A DNA stretch of 63,985 bases, filler included, from Octopus bimaculoides (Eukaryota): assembly GCF_001194135.2 (NCBI RefSeq). It is 6 parts of 5 records of this genome, joined end to end, with 100 filler letters (N's around TTAATTAATTAA, not from the genome) between each part and the next. Parts side by side here need not be neighbours in the genome. Positions count along the whole stretch, not along the records: positions 1 to 10,631 come from NC_068987.1; 5 more parts are not named here. One strand, given 5' to 3'. This document shows positions 1-10,731 of the stretch, in pieces. The position numbers were made by a program, and so were the translations under genes. The notes under the pieces were generated by a model. It was not told where the DNA came from. It made no database searches and was given only the letters and a program-made list of their open reading frames with translations. The stretch's first letter is position 1; every line of letters starts with the position of its first letter.

Positions 1-714
1 AAATGTGGAGGGAAAAAAGGATAAATTAAACCATTAAAAAAAAATTTTAACCTGAGATTAATACAAACTTTAAAATTAGAGCAGGAAGTATTCTGATTGG
101 TTGAAGACCACTCAGCTACATTGATATTGTTAGCAGAGGCTCACAGCAGAATATTGAGGATCTAGCAAAGCTGATGGGAAACAGAAATTCATGGCACAGT
201 ATCCCAGTAGCAGCTGCTTGGACAGGTAAAAATTATGAATTCAGTAGTTGTTAAAGGGTGAGCATAGGCAAGAAATAAAGGTTGAGAAGCACTGACTTTC
301 AGGCAGCATTATTTAGTTGTTTTTATTTCATATTTTATTTTACTCCCCCCCCCCTGCCTTCCTGTTATTGATCTGTCACAGATCTGTCATTATACATTAC
401 CTTCAATAGTTACATATTGAAGTTGATATTTTAGTCTCTTGTAGAGAATATAACAATTTATATATTTTTTCAATTGTTGCTATTCTAGGGTGGAATACCA
501 CCCCATTGTTAAAAACTATTAAAGACAATATTATATGTCTCAATATTTGAGGCAGACATTTATCTATGCTGTTTTGTTTTCCTTTATCATTTCCAGTATG
601 ATTTTACAGTGTTAATATCTAATGAAGAAGGAAAAAAGGCTCTTTGATAATTTGTGAGAATTAAAGCTATGATGTATCCAAATAAACACACACATACACA
701 CACACACACACACA

Positions 715-754
<40 letters not shown>

Positions 755-1199
755 GGGTAACAAAAATATCCAATTGACGAAAGACAATGAAAAATTTAAT
801 GTAAAAAGCAAATTGCTCACCAATAATTGTGTATCATCAAATCAAAATTTTTAGACTACAAATGTATTGTGCAAGGAAATTTTTTAGAATTAATGAAACA
901 GAGACTGGAAATTTACTCAACATTAAATATATAAACTAAGGTCTTAAAGACCACAAATGGTGAGTAATTTGCAAAGAATGTTTTTTAGAGAATATCTAAA
1001 TGACAGACAAGAGGCCAACTCATTTTTGAATTATTTAAAATGGAAACAGAGAAGACAATCACCTGAAAATTTACCAAATTCTGTATTTATTTTTTATCCA
1101 TTTGAAATAGTAAGGACTATGATGGAAATAAATTTGTAGAAACTCATACAGCATTACTTTTCAAGGTTATTCCTGAAAAATAAATTGTAACATAATTTT

Positions 1200-1350
1200 G
1201 GTGCAGTGGTAAGAAGTTAGCTTCCCAATCACATGGTTTTGGGTTCAGTCCCACTGTGTGACACCTTGAGCAGGTGTCTTCTACTATAGCCTCAGGCCAA
1301 CCAAAGCTTTGTGAGTGGATTTGGTAGACAGAAACTGAAAGAAGCTCATA

Positions 1351-1352
<2 letters not shown>
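1200..1352 (+). mobile_element. tRNA-headed SINE family A, 5' half
   Basis: gtggtaagaag...ggttcagtccc...accttgagcaggtgtcttctactatagcc...ggtagacagaaactgaaagaagc matches the near-intact copy at 9779-10178; followed by (TA)n. Confidence 0.9.
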
Positions 1353-1424
<72 letters not shown>

Positions 1425-1619
1425 GTGGAGAATGGAGAAACAAACACAAGAAGAAGCAAGTCGATTGGGCTAGTTAGCCATTGATTTAATTATGTGGAAA
1501 TTATATAATGAGTCATTTGTCTTCGGATTTAACTATCCCCTGGTTGCTTAGATACTTCAGACTACCCCTGAAATATTGAAGCAATCCTATCATATATATA
1601 TATTTATATATGTATGTAT

Positions 1620-1860
1620 ATATGTATGTATATATATCTGAGTGTGTCTGTGTTTGTCCCTGCCACTACTGCTTGACAACTGGTGTTGGTGTGTTTACAT
1701 CCCTGTAACTTAGTGGTTTGGTTAAAGAGATCACTAGAATAAGTGCTAGACTTTAAAAAGTAAGTACTAGGGTTGATACACTTAACTAAAAATTTTTTAA
1801 GGTGGTGTCCCAGCATGGCTGCAGTCTACTGGCTGAAACAACTAAAAGATAGACAATAAA
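1620..1860 (+). mobile_element. SINE family A, 3' half
   Basis: gtgtctgtgtttgtccc...cttgacaac...gtaacttag...ccagcatggctgcagtc...ctgaaaca matches the 3' half of 9779-10178. Confidence 0.9.
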
Positions 1861-2250
1861 AGAATTTATTGTATTTGATTTGAGAAAATTTCCATAATAA
1901 GCACACCAACTACATCCTAAATCTTTTCAATGTGTTTGCTTTCCCGTCTAAATATTCTAAAATTCACTTCATCAAGGATGTGAAACCTTTACAATTTATC
2001 TCCCATAACAAGTCTATCAGCTTTACAGTATTCCCTGAATTGTCTGACTCAGCAAGCACTCTTTTCTGCCGAACTGAACTTCTCTTTATATTAGATTGTT
2101 TCACTTTCTCTTGTGATTTTTATCAGGTGTTTATCTTTGGGCCCAAAGATTGGCCTCCAGCTATTTTGTAGGTAATATTGAGGTGCATATTTTTGCTCAT
2201 TTCACTGGGCCTACTTCAGAGCTTATTTACTTGCTATATTGACATCTACG

Positions 2251-2617
2251 GTGGAGGCCCAGTGGTTGGGGCAGCAGACTCGCGGTCATAGGATTGCGGT
2301 TTCGATTCCCAGATCAGGCGTTGTGAGTGTTTATTGAGCGAAAACACCTAAAGCTCGACGAGGCTCCGGCAGGGGATGGTGGCAAACTCTGCTGTACTCT
2401 TTCACCACAACTTTCTCTCACTCTTACTTCCTGTTTCTGTTGTGCCTATAATTCAAAGGGTCAGCCTTGCCACACTGTGTCACGCTGAATATCCCTGAGA
2501 ACTACATTAAGGGTACACGTGTCTGTGGAGTGCTCAGCCACTTGCACGTTAATTTCACGAGCAGGCTGTTCCGTTGATTGGATCAACTGGAACCCTCGAC
2601 GGAGTGCCAACAACAAC
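2251..2617 (+). mobile_element. tRNA-headed SINE family B with 11-bp TSD
   Basis: B-box-like gtttcgattccc; body nearly identical to 48729-49117; (caa)n tail; TSD tgacatctacg at 2240-2250 and 2618-2628. Confidence 0.93.
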
Positions 2618-2626
2618 TGACATCTA

Positions 2627-2867
2627 CGAGAGGGTGCTGAAAAGTTCCTGGCTTTATGGGTATCACAAAAGACCTGGTTAGAAACCCAACCTTCTGAGTT
2701 TGTTTTTTTTTTTTTTTTTTTTTTTTTTTACTGGGCTTAGAAAAACTGAAGGACCACTGCAATAAGTGTGTGAATCCGAAAGTGGAATATGTTGAGTAAA
2801 ATCATAATTAACTGAGCTTCTTGTATTTTCTTTTAACCAAAGCCAGGAACTTTTCAGCACCCCCTTG
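2627..2867 (+). mobile_element. mariner-derived MITE (internal deletion derivative)
   Basis: 29-bp TIRs, 27/29 identical (cgagagggtgctgaaaagttcctggcttt / aaagccaggaacttttcagcacccccttg); TA on both flanks; residual transposase C-terminus GLEKLKDHCNKCVNPKVEYVE*. Confidence 0.93.
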
Positions 2868-3269
2868 TACATTGGCACCACTTATCTCATCAGAGATGAT
2901 TTAAACTCTTTTTTTCTTTTATACTTACTTCTTTTGGCCTGCATTAGAATTCACTTCGTGTATATCGGACTCTTCAGTAAACCTTGCTGTCTGTCACTAT
3001 CAACAACATCTACCTATCCATCTCTGAATACTATAAACCCACACATTCCCACATATATTCTAAATATTCTTTTCATTTTACAGACTCCAAATCCACTATA
3101 ATCTTCTCCATGTTCCCCTGCCACACCCTTCAAAATACTTTAAAATATCTACCCCAAAATATAGCTACACTTCTGCATACATCATCTGCATCATATGCAA
3201 ATGCTGCAATGCACTATATACTAGTTAAATGGAACACTTCTGGTGATTGTTTTTACAAACATCTCCATT

Positions 3270-4657
3270 GTATTCAGGGTATCCAGCGCTTCCAAATACC
3301 AAATGCTGATACTGATGATGCAATCAGAAACTGTTGTTAATGCCATGCTGTAATACAGTAGCAGCTACTTCAGCTGTGCTGTACATAGCTGCTGCTCTGG
3401 CCTTTTGTTAGAGCTGTAAGCTAAAAGTGTGCACTTATTTGTTGATTTCTCAGTTGAAAATTTAAGCACAATTATCAGATATTCTCTCATGTGTCTGTAT
3501 ATCAAAAATCTAAAACAATGAATTATGGTTAGTAAGATTGTAAAGGTTGAGTTGACATTGCTGATGGTTTGAAAGATACAAAACAATTAACCTAGATGAG
3601 ATGTAGTTCACCTTTATGCCACCAATGCCATGTTACGAATGACACAACTTCAGGAATATAAAGGCTTACTTTTAACTAAGTAAGTCCCTATAGTTTGCTT
3701 TTGTTGATCAGAAAGCCTTTGGTTGCATTCTGTGCTCTGTAACCTTGTGGTTAAGAAAACTAGGTGAGAGCTGTTCAAGGTATATAATGAGGCACAGCCA
3801 GCAAGATGAGAACCAACAATGAGTCTAGTGAAGAATTTAGCATACAGGCAGATGTCCATCATGGCTCAGTCCTCATCTCCACTCCTGTTTGTATTTTATA
3901 GTCTTCCAGGCCATAACAAAGGAGTTTAAGCTAACTGCCTTTGGTTGCTCCTGCATATTTATGACCTAGTTCTTATAGCAGAATTTTTGGAAATGAAATT
4001 CCAGACTTTGAGACAAAACCTGGAATTAAAAGGGCTTAAATATCAACAAAGATTAATAATTTATCAAATTGGAAAAGAAACAGGTACCTGGTACTATCTG
4101 AAAAATGGCTGTGATTGACATACAGAAAAGGAGTAGGCAAGAAATTCCCTAATGTGTGTCAAATAAGTACAGCAGGATCACAGGCAAACTAACAGAGAAG
4201 GTAGACTGTGTATAGCAGGTGCTTTGGGACAATAAACACTAAGGAAATAGATTATTTTAAATGCCCAGGCAGTTTCCTTGAAACTGTTGGCAATTTTTTT
4301 TACTTAGAAACTTAATTAACCCTTTAGCATTTAAACTAGCCGTATCTGGCTCAAAATATTTTACATGTTTTATGTTCAGACTGGCTATATCTCACCTCTC
4401 ACGTATATTCTACAACGTCATTCAAATCATAAACAATCACATCAATGAAATCTTAAAGCTACAATTTAATGCATGATTAATTCAAAACAATGTGAATGGA
4501 TAATCATTATCTTTCATAGAGTAATCAGAATGCTAAAGATTTAAATGTGGGGTGGATGATCTGAAGGGATAGTATATAGAGTAAGAATGGGTTTAGAAAT
4601 GTTCAAGTAGCTATTGCTCCTGTTTGGCAACAAAAAGCTTCTACCTTAGATTGTATA
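3270..4657 (+). mobile_element. decayed RTE-clade LINE reverse transcriptase fragment, interrupted by a MITE at 4316-4544
   Basis: Frameshifted translation gives FAFVDQKAF, EEFSIQADVHHGSVL-PLLF-IVFQAITKEFK, LLLHIYDLVLIAE..MKFQTLRQNLELKGL, YRKGVGK and LATKSFYLRLY, collinear with the RTE RT consensus as I recall it (AFVDMEKAF; GVHQGSVLSPLLF..LQAITEEFK; LLYADDLALIAE). Left boundary uncertain. Confidence 0.88.
4320..4540. mobile_element. piggyBac-like MITE
   Basis: TTAA at 4316-4319 and 4541-4544; ends ccctttagcatt / aatgctaaagat (right end degenerate); splits the RTE fragment. Confidence 0.8.
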
Positions 4658-4669
4658 TACATCATACAT

Positions 4670-4761
<92 letters not shown>

Positions 4762-4792
4762 GTATATATATATATACCTTTTTTTTTTTTAC

Positions 4793-5188
4793 CTTTTACT
4801 TGTTTCAGTTACTAGATTGCAGCCATGCTGGGACACCACCTCGAAGAATTTTTAGTTGAATGAATCGACTCCAGTACTTATCCTATAAGCCTGGTACTTA
4901 TCCTATTGGTCTCTTTTGCTGAACTGCTAAGTTATGGGGATGTAAACACATCAACATCAGTTATCAAGCGATGGTGGAGGACAAACACAGACACATATGC
5001 ACACTGACAGACAGACAGACACATATATATATATGATAGGCTACTTTCAGTTTCTGCCTAGTAAATCCACTCTTAAGGCTTTGTTTGGCCTGAGGCCATA
5101 GTAGAAGACACTTACACTAGGTGCCACATAATGGGACTGAACCTGGAACCATATGGTTGGGAAGTAAGCTTCTTACCACACAGCCATA
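4793..5188 (-). mobile_element. SINE family A, full length
   Basis: Reverse complement matches 9779-10178 from head to tail; CpG-decayed. Confidence 0.92.
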
Positions 5189-5726
5189 CGTACACACACA
5201 CACATATGAAGGATTATCAATCTGGGCAAAATATACTATAAGCTCTCTGTATGTACACCAGGCTAGCAATATTGTTTAGCTTAGTAAAGAACTCCGTATA
5301 TTCTTGTAGCAGGGTCTGAGGTTATAGTTCATCACCATTCTATATTGTAAATCCATGGTTGTGTTCCAGTTATACTTGTTTTTGTTACACAGAGTGATAT
5401 ACAAGACAAGGCATAAATAATGGTTGTTACATATTACTTTATTGTTGTAAATTTGACATACAACTGTTTCTAGTCAACATTGATCGCTTTACTCAATTGG
5501 CCTATTGATTGGTTGAGAAAAATTGAACCTAGAGAATTAATGCTACTTTCGTCAGTCTTTTCTAGTTATGAGCAAGCAGAACACTGAAAGAATGATACAG
5601 GCATGAGGAGAGGAGTGAAGAACACTAAGGGTGCTCAAAGGCCAGGTAATGGTGTTAATGTGGGCAACAGATTAAGTCTACCCACAACCATAAAAAATAG
5701 CAAAATACAAATGCAGAAATGCATAG

Positions 5727-6279
5727 GCACAGGTGTGGCTGTGTGGTAAGAAACTTGCTTCCCCATCACATGGTTCCAGGTTCATTCCCATTGCATGGCA
5801 CCTTGAGTAAGTGTCTTCTATTATAGCCTTGGGCTGAGCAAAACGTCATGAGTGGATTTGGTAGATGGAAGCTGGAAGGGTTATAGAATCATGAAGATGC
5901 ACATCCTGTTGGATTTTGATTGTTTTAAATGTAAAGGTTCATCTATTCACCTGATGAAAATGGTGTTTTCTAATGATATAATGTTTCCATTAATCAATTA
6001 AAAATTCGTTGGAAATAGCTGTAGTGAAATAACACATTATTCATCTGTTGCTATTTATTCATATATATGTGTGTGTGTGTGTGTGTGTTTGTCCACCACC
6101 GTCACTACCTGACAACCAGTGTTGATGTGTTTATGTCCCCATAACTTAGCTGTTTGGTAAAAGAGACAGAATAAGTACCGGCTTAACAAAAAAGGACTAG
6201 GGATGATTCATTTGACTAAAAATTCTTCAAGGCAATGTCCCAGCATGGCCACAATCTCACATCTGAAACAAGTAAAGGA
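5727..6279 (+). mobile_element. SINE family A head (5727-5878) and tail (6062-6279) separated by about 180 bp of unrelated DNA
   Basis: Both halves align to the copy at 9779-10178. Confidence 0.85.
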
Positions 6280-6379
6280 TGGAGGATTTTCAGATATCTG
6301 AGTACATACTCACCTTGTCTATATACCACTTACAAACTATATACCCCTTACTTATATAGCAAACTATATACCACTTACA

Positions 6380-6515
6380 CATTTTTATTTACATTATTTA
6401 CATTCGACAGATATTTGTCCTCATCTTGTTTGTTGTTAACACAACGTTTTGGCTGATATACCCTCCAGCCTTCTTCAGGTGTCTTGGGGAAATTTCGAAC
6501 CTGGGTTCTCATTCC
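6380..6515 (-). mobile_element. Penelope-like element 3' end (pseudo-LTR) fragment
   Basis: Nearly identical to 40986-41153, which abuts a PLE ORF. Confidence 0.85.
6438..6483 (-). ncRNA. minimal hammerhead ribozyme motif, core-mutated (G12 to A)
   Basis: Minus strand reads gacac-CUGAAGA-A-ggcug(gaggguauau)cagcc-AAA-AC-GU-U-guguu; AAAAC replaces GAAAC. Confidence 0.75.
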
Positions 6516-7015
6516 TTATATTCAGATTTCTCTGTCAAATGTATTGCATATTTATTCACAGATATTTTATTGATAGTAAACAAGTTTGATAGAAAAACAA
6601 GTTGAGGTGCTGTGGAATCATATCTATGACCAGATCATAGTCTGTACAATGAAAATTTTAACACCAAATAATGTTTAAGTGAAGTTAACAGCCTTTGAGT
6701 GTTTTTGAAGGGCTATTGTATGTGCCTTCCACATTGCACTGATTTTAGTTTCAACATACAGTCACAGATGAAATTACTTGGCAAGTACACCTCCAAAACA
6801 GATTTGCGTTTACAATGAAACATTTTACAAATAAATGGCTATAGTTGTTGTACAACCTTCCCTCTTTCAAAATCAGAAGAAATATTTGAATGAAAAGTAA
6901 ACCCAAAATTTATGAAGTAATAATTCATCACTGCCGTTATCATTGTCATTGTCAGTGGTGTTGGCAGCGTCCTCCTCCTCCCTTAATGTTTGTTTTTCTC
7001 TGCATATTAGGCAGA

Positions 7016-7217
7016 CAGTTCTATATTTAAGAGATGAGGAATTATGTACATTATTTACATTTTGACGGATTTTTTCCTCATCTTTTGTCTTCATCAGGTG
7101 TCTTGGTTCGAAATTTCCCCAAGACACCTGATGAAGGCTGGAGAGTATATCAGCCGAAACATTGTGTTAACAACAAACAAGATGAGGGCAAAAATCCGTC
7201 AAAATGTAAATAATGTA
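7016..7217. mobile_element. two PLE pseudo-LTR pieces joined head-to-head as a fold-back
   Basis: 7016-7106 is a deleted minus-strand copy and 7107-7217 a plus-strand copy; perfect 18-bp inverted repeat 7089-7106 / 7119-7136. Confidence 0.85.
7123..7168 (+). ncRNA. minimal hammerhead ribozyme motif (helix III palindrome ACGU changed to ACAU)
   Basis: gacac-CTGATGA-A-ggctg(gagagtatat)cagcc-GAA-AC-AT-T-gtgtt. Confidence 0.75.
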
Positions 7218-7444
7218 TATTAGGTAAACCTTTAAATTTTTTTTATAATAGCAACTATTATTTTAGATTTCAATAGCTGAAAGAAAATCATCATTATCAT
7301 TGTCATCATCAATATGAGATCAACCCAGTTGGTGATCTACTTTAAACAAGTGCATACGGATAATTGCAGGAAAAATGTGCTTGGTAAGGCATTCTGTGGA
7401 GAAAGAACTTGATAGAGGGATGAGCATATGGCTTGGGCTATTAA

Positions 7445-7903
7445 ATCCTTCTGATACCAGTTCATCAGAGACCACTCTTGGTTCTATGATATAAATTCCA
7501 TTTTAAAGTGGTCTGAATTAAGACCTACCATCAAAATTTCATATTAATTCATGTTTCAAACACCAGCTAAATAATGGTTTTGCATTTTGGCACAGGATCA
7601 GAAATTTCGAGACAGCAGGTAAGTTGATCACTTTGTCCACAGGGATCAACTGCTATCTATTTTATCGACCTTGAAAGAATGAAAGGCAAAGTTGATCTCA
7701 TTGGAATTTGAACTCAGAACACAGACAGATGAAATACTGCTAAGTATTTTATCTATAAGTTTTATATTTTATCTATAAGTTTTGCCCACTCACCACCCAG
7801 CATCAACTAAATAATGCCAGTTATTTTACGAGATACTTAATTATTTCCAAAAATTGATAGAAGCAAAGTTGTGTATTTCAACAGAAATATGGTAACAAAA
7901 TGG
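7445..7903. mobile_element. piggyBac-like MITE interrupted by SINE C
   Basis: TTAA at 7441-7444 and 7904-7907; degenerate ends atccttctgatacc / ggtaacaaaatgg; internal 10-bp duplication ctaaataatg (7567-7576, 7807-7816) brackets the SINE. Confidence 0.7.
7577..7806 (-). mobile_element. SINE family C with 10-bp TSD
   Basis: tttatcgacc..gaaagaatgaaaggcaaagttgatctc..ggaatttgaactcagaac matches 13070-13230; TSD ctaaataatg. Confidence 0.85.
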
Positions 7904-8535
7904 TTAAACACAATACAGAGGATGAGGATGAGTTGGGTAAGCCTGATCTGAAGTGGAATATGATCAGCTAAATCAGAGGAGTAGTAATAACTGCTTTAGT
8001 AGCTATTGAGAAAAAGTGAAGAGACAATGTATCTGTAGGATAGAGGCTGGAGTTTGGTATGAAACAACTCTTCGACAACTACTTAGGTATCCATTTTATT
8101 TTTTTTTCAAATGATCTAGGGCAGTGATTGCCAATGTGAGGACATACTTCCTACCAGATGGGCCTGGGAAAATCGTGGTTGGACGTGGGATCCAAAATTC
8201 TTTTGTTTTTGTTTTTATGTGACATAGAATTGTGAAAATCTTTTTTTTCACAGCAAACATACTACACCAAACTCAGTCTAGCCAAACCGATCTCTCCAGA
8301 CAAGCATACTGTGTGAAGACTGTATTCTACAATATGGCACTATTCTAATGCCTTAGTCTGGATAACAGACTTGAAAATACAAAACATGGAGACTTATGGC
8401 TGAAACTAACAATCGTTGTCTCCTTGAATAAAGGAAATCTGCAGTAGTCACTTGGTGCAAGATTCTAATTACAGTGATTCGCTTGTTTTTTCTTAGTCAA
8501 TAATGTACTTTTTTTTGCACTCTGTATAAAGACAC

Positions 8536-8683
8536 AGGCATGGCTGTGTGGTAAGAAGTTTGTTTCCCAACCACATAGTTCCAGGTTCACTGCATGGTAC
8601 CTTGGGCAAGTGTCTTCTACTATAGCTTCAGGCTGACCAAAGCCTTGTGAGTGGATTGGGTAGACAGAAACTGAAAGAAGCCC

Positions 8684-8753
<70 letters not shown>

Positions 8754-8909
8754 NNNNNNNNNNNNNNNNNNNNNNNNNNNNNNNNNNNNNNNNNNNNNNN
8801 NNNNNNNNNNNNNNNNNNNNNNNNNNNNNNNNNNNNNNNNNNNNNNNNNNNNNNNNNNNNNNNNNNNNNNNNNNNNNNNNNNNNNNNNNNNNNNNNNNNN
8901 NNNNNNNNN

Positions 8910-8944
<35 letters not shown>

Positions 8945-9492
8945 TTAGGGAAAAGATTTTTAGGTAAAATTGATTTTAATTGAGTTTTTACCTGTAATTT
9001 TGGATTTTTATCCCTAATATTATTATTATTATATATATATATATATATATATATACATGAAGGGGGTGCTGAAAAATTCCTGGCTTTGGGTGAAAGAAAA
9101 TACAGGAGGATCAGTTAATTCTGATTTTATTCAACATAACCCCCTCTCAGATTCATACACTTATTGCAGCATTCTTTCAGTTTTTCTAAGCCCTGTAAAA
9201 GAACTGGGAAGGTTAGGCCTCTAACCAGGCCTTTCATCTTTCATGATACCCTTAAAGCCAGCAACTTTTTAGCACCCCTTCCTATGTGTGTATCTGTGTT
9301 TGTCCCCCACCACTGCTTGACAACCAGTGTTGGTGTTTACAACCCTGTAACATAGAAGTTCAGCAAAAAGACCAATAGAATATGTACCAGGCTTTAAAAA
9401 AAAGTACTGGGGTCGATAGATTCAGCTAAAAATTCTTCAAGGCAGTGCCCCAGCATGGCAAAAGTCTCATGACTGAAACAAGTAAAAGATAA
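8536..9492 (+). mobile_element. SINE family A head (8536-8690) and tail (9285-9492), split by a gap, unrelated DNA and a mariner MITE
   Basis: Both halves align to 9779-10178. Confidence 0.8.
9056..9284 (-). mobile_element. mariner-derived MITE, same family as 2627-2867, opposite orientation
   Basis: TIRs agggggtgctgaaaaattcctggcttt / aaagccagcaactttttagcacccctt; interior is the reverse complement of 2627-2867. Confidence 0.9.
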
Positions 9493-9778
9493 ATGATACA
9501 ATAGTACTTAAGAAAAGGGTTACCGGCAGATTCTTTTGTATTCAATAATTGTGATAAAATATCAAAAATAAAGTTTTTTTCCCTACCACTGGTGGCGCAT
9601 ACATTTTTCTGGAAAGCTATAGTGGGGCCTGAGGGAAAATAGTTTGGCTAACACTGGTCTAGGGTGCCTACGCATGTAGTAGCAGAACTATTCCAGATGT
9701 GGGAACAATATTCCAAATTTCCAAATATGAGCATTAAATTTGAATGAATATTTTTTTTTTCCTAATAAAATGAACAAA

Positions 9779-10178
9779 GGAGTGGCTGTGTGGTAAGTAG
9801 CTTGCTTACCAACCACATGGTTCTGGGTTCAGTCCCACTGCGTGGCACCTTGGGCAAGTGTCTTCTACTATAGCCTTGGGCCGACCAAAGCCTTGTGAGT
9901 GGATTTGGTAGACGGAAACTGAAAGAAACCCGTCGTATATATGTATATATATATATGTATATGTGTGTATATGTTTGTGTGTCTGTGTTTGTCCCCCCAA
10001 CTTTGGTTGACAACCGATGCTGGTGTGTTTGCCTCCCTGTAACTTGGCGGTTCAGCAAAGGAGACCGATAGAATAAGTACTAGGCTTACAAAGAATAAGT
10101 CCTGGAGTCGATTTGCTCGACTAAAGGCGGTGCCCCAGCATGGCCGCAGTCAAATGACTGAAACAAGTAAAAGAGTAA
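9779..10178 (+). mobile_element. SINE family A, full length and young-looking
   Basis: A-box-like tggctgtgtgg, B-box-like ggttcagtccc, central (TA/TG)n linker, 3' domain ending (aagagta)n; CpGs retained. Confidence 0.95.
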
Positions 10179-10631
10179 AGAGTAAAGGGAATTATCTGAA
10201 ATAAGCCAATGGCATGAATGTTAATTATTGATTTATGGTATTCAGTGCTGTATGTACAATTTCTTTTATTAATTGCTTGAAATTTCTCGTGGTTTGAAAA
10301 AGAAAATCCATAAGCTAGTGGCAAGTGCTTGCAACACTCAAGGGAAAAAGAGGAGCTAATTTCAAGTGGACAAGTTAATTTAGGTGAAGATAAAGCTGAT
10401 CTTTGCTCATAAGGGATAACTATGGATGTGTCACTTTATTAGACCTCATCAGCATAATATAATCTGATTGAAGTTGCTTGATCAGTTGACAGATATTTTA
10501 CATATAGAAAGAATAACAAATAATTTTTGTCCAAATGAATTTGCATAACTAAAATAAAATGAGGTAAAGGAAGTAAATAAAATGGACTAGTGGCTTGAAG
10601 TTGGAGAAATAAGTTAAGGATTAATAAATTG

Positions 10632-10731
10632 NNNNNNNNNNNNNNNNNNNNNNNNNNNNNNNNNNNNNNNNNNNNTTAATTAATTAANNNNNNNNNNNNN
10701 NNNNNNNNNNNNNNNNNNNNNNNNNNNNNNN
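10632..10731. other. assembly placeholder 44N + TTAATTAATTAA + 44N (also 36155-36254, 41932-42031, 52839-52938, 62017-62116)
   Basis: Five identical 100-bp blocks; the 12-mer is palindromic with TAA in all six frames. Confidence 0.95.

Larger units (their letters stand above)
8122..9656 (+). mobile_element. non-autonomous hAT (Charlie/Buster-like) element hosting nested insertions
   Basis: Ends cagtgattgccaa / ttggctaacactg (11/13 complementary); 8-bp flanks atctaggg (8114-8121) / gtctaggg (9657-9664), similar to the Charlie NTCTAGAN target; internal AYCVKTVF..DNRLENTKHGDLWLKLT resembles the hAT dimerisation C-terminus. Confidence 0.7.

Noticed and set aside
107-225. Plus-strand open segment PLSYIDIVSRGSQQNIEDLAKLMGNRNSWHSIPVAAAWT ending in CAG|GTAAAA
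   Set aside because: Weak acceptor and no recognised homology; cannot be supported without transcript data.
242-294. Tiny hAT-like remnant ending ggttgagaagcactg
   Set aside because: Ends match only 9/13 and there is no TSD.
2127-2171. 45-bp candidate exon with good splice signals (GVYLWAQRLASSYFV)
   Set aside because: No homology and no linked exons; such sites occur by chance in AT-rich DNA.
3177-3205. Minus-strand FAYDADDV resembling the RT YADD motif
   Set aside because: It has an extra residue, no flanking RT motifs in order on that strand, and the adjacent RT homology is on the plus strand.
3980-4085. Apparent plus-strand exon ag|CAGAATTT...ACAG|gt (EFLEMKFQTLRQNLELKGLK)
   Set aside because: The peptide is part of the RTE reverse transcriptase remnant.
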